DNA of 64,000 nucleotides from an uncultured Gammaproteobacteria bacterium (GTDB taxonomy: Bacteria > Pseudomonadota > Gammaproteobacteria > Ga0077536), in contig CALJHG010000026.1 in NCBI GenBank assembly GCA_938075585.1, positions 20,303 to 84,302 on the forward strand. Direction: 5' to 3'. A model generated the notes under the pieces. It had not been told where the DNA came from and made no database searches. It was given only the letters and a program-made list of their open reading frames with translations. Shown one piece after another: positions 11,513 to 21,791 of the stretch (position 1 is the stretch's first letter; every line of letters begins with the position of its first letter). The translations under genes were made by a program, and so were the position numbers.

Positions 11513-13183
11513 TTACCAGACTACTGACGAACCTTCGCCCCTAGGGTCACTTGCCGCGGTTACGGAACCGTCTGCTTTGTCAATAACAATAACCTGCATA
11601 TTGCCGTAATTGCGCCCACTTTCTTTGAGTTTATGCCCTTTCTTACTGAGGGATTCCTGCTCAGATGCGGTTAAACCGTCTTTCTCAAAGTAAATTTGAT
11701 CAGGTAAATATTGGTGATGAAAACGCTTCGACGACACCATCTCAATCGGCTCAGCACCCATAATAAAGTCTAGCGCGGATATCAGTACCATAGAGATTAT
11801 ACGACTCCCGCCCGGCGTGCCCATAATAGCTATCCGATCGGTTCCTTCTAGAAAAGTAGGGGTCATGCTAGAGAGAGGTCGTTTTCCCGGTGCGATCGCG
11901 TTCGCGTCAGCACCCACAAGGCCATAAGTGTTCGGTGTAAACGGTTTCGCTGAAAAATCATCCATTTCATTATTTAATAATACACCTGTCCCTTCAGCAG
12001 TTATCGCCGCTCCAAAAGGAATATTGATACTTAAAGTCGCTGCGACTCTGTTACCTAGACGGTCCACAATGGAAAAATGAGTGGTATCCGTTCCTTTTGG
12101 ACGACTACCTATTTGTGGTAATGAGTTGCTAGGCGTAGCTTCTGTGTCGGAAATTGATGATGCCAACAAATCGGCATGCATCTTAGACGATAACTCTTTT
12201 ACAGGTACCTTTACAAAATCAGGATCGCCTAAATAATCCGCCCTGTCGCGGTAAGCACGCCGCATGGCCTCAACTACTAAATGGATATAAGTGTCTCTTT
12301 CATATTTTTTCAGGTCATATCGCTCGAGAATATTGAGCGCTTCGATAAGCGCTATGCCTCCGGATGAAGGAGGAGGAGACGAAATAATATTTATGTCGTG
12401 ATAAGACGAGACAAGAGGCTGCCTTATCTTAACTTCATAGTTTTCTAAATCCTCAATTCGCCAAATACCACCATCAGAGACTACCGAGTCAACCATTTTT
12501 CTCGCTAAATCGCCCCTATAGAAACTCTCGCCGTTGGAAACTGCAATTGCCTGCAAAGTTTCAGCCAAATCCTTTTGAATGACCCTAAAACCCGCTTTAG
12601 GGACATTGCCCTGATCCAAAAATATTTTGGCAGCATCTTTATGTAAGCGTAAAGCTGAGACCCGATAACCTGCCATCTTTTCATAGCGATCACCGGTTAA
12701 AAATCCTTCCCTGGCCAACCTTATCGCCGGCATTAGATTTTCTTGCAGAGTCAAGTTTGCAAAATTCTCAGAGAGGTAGACTAATCCGGCAGGCAGACCC
12801 GGTATCGCAGCAGCCAACGGACCATTCAACGATCTATCGCGAACAAAATCTCCGGAAAAATCCAAGTACATATCAGCCGTGGCTTTACCCGGCGCTTCCT
12901 CCCTAGCATCAACAAATAAGTTTGTGCCCTCTTTTTGGCTATGAAGCAAAAAGAAACCACCACCACCAATCCCTGAACTATATGGTTCGACAACCGCCAA
13001 AGCTGCGGCAACAGCAATAGCCGCATCAAAGGCATTGCCACCGGCCTCTAATACCTCTTTGCCGGCGAGAGTTGCAGCAGGGTGCGCTGAAGCCACCGCG
13101 GATTCGGCTTGGACGCTATCGCCAAACCAAAGCGCAATAATCATAGCGCTGATATAGCGAAATTTATGGCATGCGTGTGTCAA
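11513..13183 (-). CDS. ggt: Gamma-glutamyltranspeptidase (signal peptide)
   Basis: GGNAFDAA, SGIGGGGF, PPPSSGG, DTTHFSIVD, LNNEMDDF, RPLSSMTP, GTPGGSRI, SDPRGEG. Confidence 0.96.
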   Translation of the reverse strand: MTHACHKFRYISAMIIALWFGDSVQAESAVASAHPAATLAGKEVLEAGGNAFDAAIAVAAALAVVEPYSSGIGGGGFFLLHSQKEGTNLFVDAREEAPGKATADMYLDFSGDFVRDRSLNGPLAAAIPGLPAGLVYLSENFANLTLQENLMPAIRLAREGFLTGDRYEKMAGYRVSALRLHKDAAKIFLDQGNVPKAGFRVIQKDLAETLQAIAVSNGESFYRGDLARKMVDSVVSDGGIWRIEDLENYEVKIRQPLVSSYHDINIISSPPPSSGGIALIEALNILERYDLKKYERDTYIHLVVEAMRRAYRDRADYLGDPDFVKVPVKELSSKMHADLLASSISDTEATPSNSLPQIGSRPKGTDTTHFSIVDRLGNRVAATLSINIPFGAAITAEGTGVLLNNEMDDFSAKPFTPNTYGLVGADANAIAPGKRPLSSMTPTFLEGTDRIAIMGTPGGSRIISMVLISALDFIMGAEPIEMVSSKRFHHQYLPDQIYFEKDGLTASEQESLSKKGHKLKESGRNYGNMQVIVIDKADGSVTAASDPRGEGSSVVW

Positions 13184-13184
13184 T

Positions 13185-13463
<279 letters not shown>

Positions 13464-13483
13464 TTAAATAGCTACCCTAGAAG

Positions 13484-13975
13484 CTAACGAGAGCTCGCCG
13501 TTAGTTTGTCGATCAAGACATTTTTTACAATTTTCGGCACAAAGTCAGTAATATCTCCGCCAAATTTCGCTATCTCTCGGACCAATGAGGAAGATATATA
13601 AGTATATTTCTCAGAAGTCGGTAAAAAAATCGTATCCGCTTCCGGCATCAACTTTCGGTTCATGCCAGCAAGCTGAAACTCGTACTCAAAGTCACTTACT
13701 GCGCGCAAGCCTCGCAAAATTACCGAAGCATTGTTTTCTTTTGCACAATCAACCATGAGACCATTAAACTGTATTATTTTAACATTTTTAATTTTTTCTA
13801 AAACGTTCGACGCCAACTCAATCCTTTCCTCTACAGAAAAAATCGTATTCTTCGACGTGCTCCCAGCCACCGCCAATATCACTTGATCAAACATGGGCGA
13901 GGCTCTAACAACTATATCGACATGTCCAAGTGTAATTGGATCAAAGGTGCCAGGATATATCGCGATAGTACTCAA
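13484..13975 (-). CDS. coaD: Phosphopantetheine adenylyltransferase
   Basis: YPGTFDPITLGH, RGLRAVSDFEYE, ISSSLVREIA. Confidence 0.98.
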   Translation of the reverse strand: MSTIAIYPGTFDPITLGHVDIVVRASPMFDQVILAVAGSTSKNTIFSVEERIELASNVLEKIKNVKIIQFNGLMVDCAKENNASVILRGLRAVSDFEYEFQLAGMNRKLMPEADTIFLPTSEKYTYISSSLVREIAKFGGDITDFVPKIVKNVLIDKLTASSR

Positions 13976-14033
13976 TTTACTGCCCTAAATATGAAAATCA
14001 GATAACTTATACCACTTTCCAACAGGAATTTCC

Positions 14034-14591
14034 TTAGCCCTTGGTTAAAAGGCTATATTCCATGCGCTTGGTCGAACCGGCTTTTAATTTTTGCCACTCT
14101 TTTGGTAACTTCACATCATTTTTCAAAAACTCCACATAAACTAAGCCATTTGGTCGAAGATTACGTTCAGCGATTAATTCCAGGGAAGATAACAGAAGGT
14201 CCGATTTGAAGGGGGGATCAAGAAATATGATATCGAACTGAGTGTCACAGGATTCAATATATTTAATTGAATCCTGCAGATACACCTTGGCATTGGATAT
14301 ACCCAAGCTAGTAAGTGACGCACTGATGGCACTGCCTAAGACTTGATTTTTTTCTACAAAAGTAACCGTACTAGCACCTCGGGAGAGTGACTCAATACCT
14401 AACGCCCCAGTGCCAGCAAACAGATCTAGACAACGTGCTCCTTCAATATTCAGAGAGAGCCAATTAAAAAGCGTTTCTTTGACCCGATCCGAAGTAGGCC
14501 TCAGACCTATTGCATGTTCAACAGGAATCTTGGTTCCGCGCAGGTTGCCTCCAACTACACGAACACTTCCAAGCGGTTTACTCATCGCCAT
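14034..14591 (-). CDS. rsmD: 16S rRNA m2G966 methyltransferase RsmD (start uncertain: 14591 or 14585)
   Basis: LRPTSDRVKETLFNWL, LDLFAGTGALGIESLSRGA, FLDPPF. Confidence 0.95.
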   Translation of the reverse strand: MAMSKPLGSVRVVGGNLRGTKIPVEHAIGLRPTSDRVKETLFNWLSLNIEGARCLDLFAGTGALGIESLSRGASTVTFVEKNQVLGSAISASLTSLGISNAKVYLQDSIKYIESCDTQFDIIFLDPPFKSDLLLSSLELIAERNLRPNGLVYVEFLKNDVKLPKEWQKLKAGSTKRMEYSLLTKG

Positions 14592-15897
14592 CCTGATTCG
14601 GACCAACTATTACCGTTACTAATTTTTCCGGCGATAAATATCGGTTAAATACTTTACTAACCTCCGCAGGGGTCACTCGGCCAACATTCCCAGCGAAAGT
14701 TTCTATGTAATCGATTGGTAATTTATAGAATCCTATCATAGCTAAATAATTCAGAATTTCCGCATTAGTATCAACTCTCAGGGGAAATCCCCTTGTCAAA
14801 TTGTCTTTAGCGCTAGCTATGTCCTCACCCGAAAACCCCTCAAGCCTCAATTTTTCTAGCGAGCTATCTAACACGCTAAGTGCTTCCTCTTGGTTCCCTC
14901 GATCGGTTTGTAGAGCAGCTACCAAACTACCTCCATTCAATTTCGGAGAAAAATAACTGTAAGCCGAGTAGGCTAAGCCCCTTTCCTCTCTAATCGATCT
15001 GAACAATACCGAAACTAATGAGTTTCCTCCCAGAGCATGGTTGGCTACTAATAAGGGAAAATAGTCTGGATGACCTCTCTCAACACCCCGGACACCAACT
15101 CGGATATGACTTTGTATTGAAGGAAAATTTCGCTTGATTAAAATACCTCGCGTCTTTTTTGACGGTGGCGAAAATGCTTCATCAGCGCGCTCGCCGCTCG
15201 CCAAAACAGAACTAATTTCTTCTGCCATAGCTTTGGCTTGCCTAGGATTTATCGCGCCTACAATCGATATATTAAGATTCTTAGCAACATAAAATTCGTT
15301 AAAGAACTTACTCACATCGTCCCGAGTGAAGGACTTGAGCGATTCAGCAGTGCCTTCATGGGGGAAGCCATAAGGATGCGCTGCAAACAACTCGGCATAC
15401 AACTCATCTTGCGCCACAGCCGCCGGAGACTGTTTTTTAAAGTCTAATCCGATCAATGTTTTTGCCACTAGTCTGTCTAAGTCGATGTCATCAAACCTAG
15501 GCGAAGATAACGCCAACTTTAGCAATCTCATCACGGCTTCTAAATTAGTGTCCTCGGTTAGACTGCGCATCTTTATGTATCCCATATCCGAGGTGGAACC
15601 AGATGAGAGAATACCGCCAGTGAGTCCAATTGCCTCGTTAAACGCATCAACATTTAAATTACTTGCGCCTTGTAAAATTAGCGCACTCACTAAATTCGCT
15701 AGTCCATGTTTTGTCCCATCTCGAATACTGCCCGCATCAAAAGCCAGGTACATATCAACCATATCTAGTTCAGGCACCTGCGCATAAAGCACTGACACAT
15801 TATTTTCGGTACTCCACGACTCCACCTGCACTTTGGCACTAATACAAAGTGGAAAAACTAACAATAAAACTAACATTGTCGAAACAAAATTTTTCAT
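14578..15897 (-). CDS. M16B zinc peptidase family, non-catalytic subunit
   Basis: M16 fold features (IREERGLAYS), no HxxEH, signal peptide, coupled to the catalytic partner. Confidence 0.85.
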   Translation of the reverse strand: MKNFVSTMLVLLLVFPLCISAKVQVESWSTENNVSVLYAQVPELDMVDMYLAFDAGSIRDGTKHGLANLVSALILQGASNLNVDAFNEAIGLTGGILSSGSTSDMGYIKMRSLTEDTNLEAVMRLLKLALSSPRFDDIDLDRLVAKTLIGLDFKKQSPAAVAQDELYAELFAAHPYGFPHEGTAESLKSFTRDDVSKFFNEFYVAKNLNISIVGAINPRQAKAMAEEISSVLASGERADEAFSPPSKKTRGILIKRNFPSIQSHIRVGVRGVERGHPDYFPLLVANHALGGNSLVSVLFRSIREERGLAYSAYSYFSPKLNGGSLVAALQTDRGNQEEALSVLDSSLEKLRLEGFSGEDIASAKDNLTRGFPLRVDTNAEILNYLAMIGFYKLPIDYIETFAGNVGRVTPAEVSKVFNRYLSPEKLVTVIVGPNQDGDE

Positions 15898-17273
15898 AAC
15901 GAACTCTCAGGCAAGAGTTGGGTAGTAGCCAAAGCATCCGATCTAATATATTTTTTTACAACAGCAACAAGATCAGTCGCTGTAATCTCTGTTATGTTTT
16001 CAATATATTCATCTTTCAAACGCCAGTCCAAACCCACAGACTCTAACTGTCCAATAATAGTCGCCTGATTTTCCATTGAGTCCATTGCATAAACCCTATT
16101 TGCTATAACTTGTGACTTCACTCGCTGCATTTCTATCTGGGTTGGCGGACTTTGAATTATTTCTAAAAGCTCGCTTTTAATAGCTACTTCAAGTTGATCA
16201 AGGGTGACCCCCGCAACTGGAACCGCGCTAATTGAAAATAGCGTGTCCAAAAGAGATACCGGTGAATATCCAATCGACGCGAAAGTAGCTAGAGACTTTC
16301 CTCTAATTAGATGTTTGGCAAAACGGGCACTGGCATCACCGTCCAACACCTCTGCTAGGACATCAAGCGCATACACATCAGCCTCATCAATCTCATCAGA
16401 CGCCCTTACACTGCCAAGAGAAGGTACTTTGTAACTCATTAATAATAGCGGCACTCGCGCCTTATCACTAGTCATGACAAGTCTTTTAGTTCCCTGACCG
16501 ACGCGCTCCTTCGTACTTCTCAAGAAAGGGACTCTCTCACGAGCTAAGCTACCAAAATGCTGTTGCGCTAATTTATGTACCGCTTTCGAAGAAACATCAC
16601 CTACCACCACCACAGTAGCGTTGTTTGGTGCGTACCATTGCTGATACCACTTCTCCAAATCGTCTAATCGCATTCCTTTGATGTCAGACTCCCATCCGAT
16701 AACCGGGTGACGATAAGGGCTTTCTTGAAACACTAGTGCCCTGTTAGCCTCCCGCGCCAGGCCTTGGGGATTATCATCCGTTCGTAATCGACGTTCTTCT
16801 AAAACTACATTTATTTCCTTTAAAAACTCTTCCTCTTTTAAAACAAGATTGTTCATCCGATCAGCTTCTAATTCAAAGCTTAAGCCTACATTTTCTGACG
16901 ACCATTGCTGATAATAGGCGGTATAATCAGAACTAGTAAATGCATTCTCGCGCCCACCTTTTTCGGCTACTATCTGAGAAAATCGGCCGTCAGGATAGGC
17001 CTCCGTACCTTTAAACATCATGTGCTCAAGGGCATGGGACACTCCAGTTATGCCCCTATGCTCATGAGCAGACCCAACTTTATACCAGATCTGTACTACT
17101 GCAACCGGTGCGCGCTGGTCTTCCTGAACTATTAACTTCAAGCCATTTGACAATTGAAACTCCTGCGACATAGGGCTTGCAAGCGGCAGTGCTATTAGAG
17201 CTATGGTAGTAAAAATTGATAAGATGGCATTCGGCCACATAATTTTGACCCTCAAAGAGTAAAATAACGGCAA
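15894..17273 (-). CDS. M16B zinc peptidase family, catalytic subunit (start uncertain)
   Basis: WYKVGS, HALEHMMFKGT (HxxEH), NAFTS, EERRLR, YAPNNA. Confidence 0.9.
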   Translation of the reverse strand: MPLFYSLRVKIMWPNAILSIFTTIALIALPLASPMSQEFQLSNGLKLIVQEDQRAPVAVVQIWYKVGSAHEHRGITGVSHALEHMMFKGTEAYPDGRFSQIVAEKGGRENAFTSSDYTAYYQQWSSENVGLSFELEADRMNNLVLKEEEFLKEINVVLEERRLRTDDNPQGLAREANRALVFQESPYRHPVIGWESDIKGMRLDDLEKWYQQWYAPNNATVVVVGDVSSKAVHKLAQQHFGSLARERVPFLRSTKERVGQGTKRLVMTSDKARVPLLLMSYKVPSLGSVRASDEIDEADVYALDVLAEVLDGDASARFAKHLIRGKSLATFASIGYSPVSLLDTLFSISAVPVAGVTLDQLEVAIKSELLEIIQSPPTQIEMQRVKSQVIANRVYAMDSMENQATIIGQLESVGLDWRLKDEYIENITEITATDLVAVVKKYIRSDALATTQLLPESSL

Positions 17274-17333
17274 AAAAAGATATTATCTTATTGTATTACA
17301 GCTCAAACCCTAACTAAAAATTAAATAAATGCA

Positions 17334-18278
17334 ATGTTAGAAAACAACATTTCTGGAATGAATAAAAGCCATATGTTTAGCAAATTACTAAAACAACTAA
17401 GACGTAAAAAGGACTCATTCGGTAATCGTATTTCCGGACTGTTCGGAAATAAAACTCTCGTCAGAGAGGACTTGTTACAAAATTTAGAACGAGTACTTCT
17501 TACAAGTGATGTAGGGATCAAGGCCTCAGGGCGAATAATAGCAGCCGTTAAAAACTCCTCTCACAATGAATCTCCGATTGAAAACATTCGATATGAAATG
17601 CAGCGGATTCTAGAGGCGGCTCAACAGCCGCTAACAATAGAAAATCACCAAAAACAACCGTTTATAATTTTGGTAGTAGGGGTTAACGGTGCTGGGAAAA
17701 CCACCTCCATCGCCAAATTAGCAAAAAATCTAAAAGAACGTGGACTAATGGTTGTACTAGCCGCAGGGGACACGTTTCGAGCCGCGGCGGTCGAACAAAT
17801 ACAAGAGTGGGGGTTGAGGTTGAACCTCCCGGTTATATCCAAACCCTCGGGCAGTGATCCGGCATCGCTGGCATATGAAGCTCATCAACAAGCTATATCT
17901 CTCGGGGCCGATGTCCTGATTATAGATACTGCTGGGCGACTCCATACCCAAGACGACCTCATGGCAGAGTTGAAAAAAATCAAACGAGTCATCGGCAAAC
18001 AAGACGACTCGGCGCCGCACGAAGTTATATTAGTGCTTGATGGAACCTCAGGACAAAACACGCTCAAACAAACAGAAATATTTGTTAAAGAGATCGATAT
18101 TTCGTCTCTCATCGTAACTAAACTGGATGGTACTGCAAAAGGTGGTGCATTATTTAATCTTGCTAATGAATTTGAATTACCCGTGAGGTATATAGGTATA
18201 GGCGAAGGTTTGGACGATCTTCTGGAATTCGATGCAAAAGATTTCGTCAGTTCACTGTTACATAATGTTGGAGACTAA
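17334..18278 (+). CDS. ftsY: SRP receptor FtsY, NG domain only (true start may be ATG 17373)
   Basis: GVNGAGKTTSIAKLA, DTFRAAA, DTAGR, TKLDGTAKGG. Confidence 0.96.
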   Translation: MLENNISGMNKSHMFSKLLKQLRRKKDSFGNRISGLFGNKTLVREDLLQNLERVLLTSDVGIKASGRIIAAVKNSSHNESPIENIRYEMQRILEAAQQPLTIENHQKQPFIILVVGVNGAGKTTSIAKLAKNLKERGLMVVLAAGDTFRAAAVEQIQEWGLRLNLPVISKPSGSDPASLAYEAHQQAISLGADVLIIDTAGRLHTQDDLMAELKKIKRVIGKQDDSAPHEVILVLDGTSGQNTLKQTEIFVKEIDISSLIVTKLDGTAKGGALFNLANEFELPVRYIGIGEGLDDLLEFDAKDFVSSLLHNVGD

Positions 18279-18330
18279 AAATACAAAGACTGTCGCCGAC
18301 CACTTCAAATCATGCAAGCTATTAAAAAAG

Positions 18331-18357
18331 TTGGCACTCAGCCTGTGCGAGTGCTAA
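18331..18357. promoter_or_regulatory. CIRCE element (HrcA operator) upstream of rpoH
   Basis: TTGGCACTC-N9-GAGTGCTAA, 17/18 match to TTAGCACTC-N9-GAGTGCTAA with exact spacing. Confidence 0.9.
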
Positions 18358-18393
18358 AATCGTAACTTGAATCGCATTATAAAAGGATAATCT

Positions 18394-19263
18394 ATGTCCA
18401 AAGCCATAAATATCAACCTGCCATCACTGGCCGGGTCACTCGAAAATTATATTTTATCGGCTAACCAAGTACCCATGCTTTCATTTGAAAAAGAGCAGGA
18501 GCTTGCAAAAAGGCTGATCAACAACAATGATTTAGATGCCGCTCGTCAGCTGGTAATGTCGCATCTAAAATTCGTGGTCAAAATTGCTCGCGGCTATGAC
18601 GGATACGGACTCTCTTTAAGCGACCTCATTCAAGAGGGCAATGTGGGCCTGATGCAGGCAGTGAAAAGGTTTAATCCAGATAAAGGAGTGCGGTTAGCTG
18701 CATTCGCGGCCTACTGGATAAAATCTTGCATGCATGAATTCATCCTAAAAAATTGGAGAATAGTAAAAATAGCCACAACAAAAGCGCAGAGAAAGCTATT
18801 TTTCAACCTCAGAAGCGTCAAAAAATCACTTGGATGGCTAAACTCCGCTGAAAAATCAGTTATCGCGAATGATCTTGGTGTAGCCAACAAAGACATAGAA
18901 ACAATGGAGCAACGACTAGTTGCGTCTGATTTAACCTTCGAACGGCCACTATCTGACTCGGATGATGCCCAAAATGCGCCTGAAGAAGTAATTGAGGACT
19001 ACACCTTTGAACCGTCAGCGGTAAACGAACGGATCGAACATAGAGATTTAGCTCAAGACGGTCTAAAAAATGCACTTCTTAAATTAGATGACAGAAGTCG
19101 AGATATCATCGTGAGTAGATGGCTTCGCGACCCTAAGAATACGCTAATAGAATTAGCCGATCGATACAATGTTTCTGCAGAAAGGATTCGCCAGCTGGAA
19201 AAAAGTGCCTTTGCGGAGATGAAATCATATCTACCAAAAATAAGTGATATTGACTCCAATTAA
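18394..19263 (+). CDS. rpoH: RNA polymerase sigma-32
   Basis: DLIQEGNVGLMQAVKRF, RpoH box ATTKAQRKLFFNLR, VSAERIRQLE. Confidence 0.96.
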   Translation: MSKAININLPSLAGSLENYILSANQVPMLSFEKEQELAKRLINNNDLDAARQLVMSHLKFVVKIARGYDGYGLSLSDLIQEGNVGLMQAVKRFNPDKGVRLAAFAAYWIKSCMHEFILKNWRIVKIATTKAQRKLFFNLRSVKKSLGWLNSAEKSVIANDLGVANKDIETMEQRLVASDLTFERPLSDSDDAQNAPEEVIEDYTFEPSAVNERIEHRDLAQDGLKNALLKLDDRSRDIIVSRWLRDPKNTLIELADRYNVSAERIRQLEKSAFAEMKSYLPKISDIDSN

Positions 19264-19301
19264 GTCCGTTTCATTGCTAATTTTCAGATCCGCAAAACTG
19301 A

Positions 19302-20222
19302 TTAACTAGCGCTACTAATAACAAAAACTAAATCGCTCCAATAATGATCTATAAAGAAAAAGCCAAATAACAGCGTTAAATATACTATCGAATATCTGAA
19401 AATAGTCATTGCCAACTCATCCGAGTGGTCAAATTGCATCTTTATCACATAAAATAAAAGCACTACGTTTAGGCTAACCGCACCTACGAGATATGGTACT
19501 CCGCTCATGTAGGTGATGTACGGCAGTAAAGTTGCTATGACTAGCATGACAGAGTAATAAAGTATCTGCATTCGAGTATAGGTGACCCCATGAGTTACGG
19601 GAAGCATAGGTATGAGCGCCTTAGCATAATCATCGCGCCGATAAATCGCTAAGGCCCAAAAATGAGGCGGAGTCCAAACAAAAATAATCAAAAACAACAA
19701 TAGAGCGTGTGGATCCACCGAACCGGTGACTGCCGTCCATCCCAAAACTGGTGGTGCGGCTCCAGCGGCGCCACCAATTACAATGTTTTGGGGCGTCGCA
19801 TGCTTTAGATACATTGTGTAAACCACAGCGTAACCAATCAGAGACGCAAACGTCAAAATCGCGGTTATACGATTAACCAGCACGTCAAGTACAACCATAG
19901 AAATGGTGCCTAGAACGATAGCAAATACCAGCGCTTGGCCCCTAGTCAACCCTCCTTGAGGAAGTGGCCGATTACGGGTTCTCTCCATTAATGCGTCAGT
20001 TCGACTTTCTACCACGTGATTCAGCGCAGCCGCCGAGCACGCCGCCAAACCTATACCAAAAGTGCCCGCCAACAATGTCGACAAACTTACCCACTCAGGG
20101 GTCGCTAGAAACATTCCTATGATCGCTGTGAAAACGATCAAGCTTACCACTCTTGGCTTGCATAGCTTTAAATATTCTGACGAATAACTGAGGACGCCTG
20201 AAAAAGGGACAGAGGAGCTCAT
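19302..20222 (-). CDS. cyoE: Protoheme IX farnesyltransferase (heme O synthase)
   Basis: [42 protein letters not shown]. Confidence 0.96.
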   Translation of the reverse strand: MSSSVPFSGVLSYSSEYLKLCKPRVVSLIVFTAIIGMFLATPEWVSLSTLLAGTFGIGLAACSAAALNHVVESRTDALMERTRNRPLPQGGLTRGQALVFAIVLGTISMVVLDVLVNRITAILTFASLIGYAVVYTMYLKHATPQNIVIGGAAGAAPPVLGWTAVTGSVDPHALLLFLIIFVWTPPHFWALAIYRRDDYAKALIPMLPVTHGVTYTRMQILYYSVMLVIATLLPYITYMSGVPYLVGAVSLNVVLLFYVIKMQFDHSDELAMTIFRYSIVYLTLLFGFFFIDHYWSDLVFVISSAS

Positions 20223-20223
20223 A

Positions 20224-21216
20224 TCAATCCGAGGTACGGGTGAAAAACAGCATCGTCAGCAATACTAGGAATAGAATAGCTCCCACACCGTTGTGAGCTA
20301 CGGCAACCGAAATCGGCAGTCCGCCAACAATGTTGATCAACCCTAAAAAAATTTGACATGTGAGAACGCATAACAATACCCAGGCAAGCTTTTTAATCCG
20401 ACTATCACCAAGCGTCATAGAACGCCAAATCAGAATCAAAAGCACAATGGTCGTAACTACCGCACCAATTCTATGAACCATGTGAATACTCATTCTAGCA
20501 GGTGTGTCCAAAACTCCATACTCATAATCAACACCCAAACCTCGCCACAAAGTGAACGCTTCGCCTAGCTGCTCACTTGGAAACCATTTACCCCCACACG
20601 TGGGTAGCTCAGTGCACGCGAGCGCGGCATAATTAGTACTCGTCCACCCACCTAAAAATATTTGACAAAATACCGTTAATAACCCAATCCAAACGAACAT
20701 CTTTAATTTATTCGGGACCTTAACAGACACGTCTAAATACTTTATCTGTAAAGTATTCCAAAACAACAAAGAAAGTGTAATCAAACCACCCAAGAGATGA
20801 GCAGTCACAATTAAAGGCTTTAACAGAAGTGTGACAGTCCACATTCCAAGCGCACCTTGAAACATAACTAAGGGAACCAAACAGTAGGCCACTGCCGGAT
20901 TTATTCCTATAGTGCGGCGTCTATAAAATGCAATCCCAGCTAAACACAAAATACCAAACCCTAGCGCACTAGCTAAATAACGATGAATCATTTCGCGCCA
21001 CGCTTTGCCCGCCTCCAAGGGTCGTTGGGCTAGCCATTGATCATCAGCGGATAAGTTTTTTTCAGCAGGCACCAACAATTTCCCGTAGCAGCCAGGCCAG
21101 TCAGGGCAACCCAGCCCAGCATCAGTTAACCTAACATAGGCACCAAATACCATGACGACCATGGTTAACACCAGTAACGCAATAGATAAATTCAGGTACG
21201 TCCGTCTAATAGTCAT
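20224..21216 (-). CDS. ctaA: Heme A synthase (COX15/CtaA)
   Basis: [34 protein letters not shown]. Confidence 0.93.
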   Translation of the reverse strand: MTIRRTYLNLSIALLVLTMVVMVFGAYVRLTDAGLGCPDWPGCYGKLLVPAEKNLSADDQWLAQRPLEAGKAWREMIHRYLASALGFGILCLAGIAFYRRRTIGINPAVAYCLVPLVMFQGALGMWTVTLLLKPLIVTAHLLGGLITLSLLFWNTLQIKYLDVSVKVPNKLKMFVWIGLLTVFCQIFLGGWTSTNYAALACTELPTCGGKWFPSEQLGEAFTLWRGLGVDYEYGVLDTPARMSIHMVHRIGAVVTTIVLLILIWRSMTLGDSRIKKLAWVLLCVLTCQIFLGLINIVGGLPISVAVAHNGVGAILFLVLLTMLFFTRTSD

Positions 21217-21791
21217 TTAATCTTAGAAGCACGTAACAACCGTTGGAGATCCTTCTTTATACTGGCGGGATCAGCGTCAATAACAAAATAATTGACAATT
21301 TGACCCCGCCAATCTAAAAAAACCACTCCATCGCTCACAGGTTCAACTACGCCTCGTTCTTTAACTAATTTGGCCAATTGCTGGGCTAAATTAGTATTAC
21401 GTATATGCATAAAGCCCGAAATATCTTTTTCAGATTCAAACAAGCCGATTAGCTTGAATCGGCTACCAGAATGACCTAACACATCTCGAATAACAGCTAA
21501 GTTAGACACGGCTTTCACGCATTTCGCTTCACACAGGCCATTTGTAAATAGAATAGCCCCCCATTCGCTCGGCTCCAATGTGATCGTCTGCAACGGCTCT
21601 AGCTCGATTTCAGATTTTATATCAAGAGGCGGCTGCAGTAAGAATCCCTTATTCAGTAATGGACCTAATCCTACGCTCTGCGGCGACTGGACAAGCATCC
21701 AAGCGACAACGAGTGGCAAAATAAAACAGGCTATTACCAAAAACAGTGGCCACCTACTAGCAGAGTGCTCACGACTAGACTTTTTATTCAT
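21213..21791 (-). CDS. Membrane-anchored thioredoxin/SCO-like cox assembly protein
   Basis: N-terminal TM, CEAKC (CxxxC), FLDWRGQIV, C-terminal [12 protein letters not shown]; usual position between SURF1 and ctaA. Confidence 0.7.
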   Translation of the reverse strand: MNKKSSREHSASRWPLFLVIACFILPLVVAWMLVQSPQSVGLGPLLNKGFLLQPPLDIKSEIELEPLQTITLEPSEWGAILFTNGLCEAKCVKAVSNLAVIRDVLGHSGSRFKLIGLFESEKDISGFMHIRNTNLAQQLAKLVKERGVVEPVSDGVVFLDWRGQIVNYFVIDADPASIKKDLQRLLRASKIK

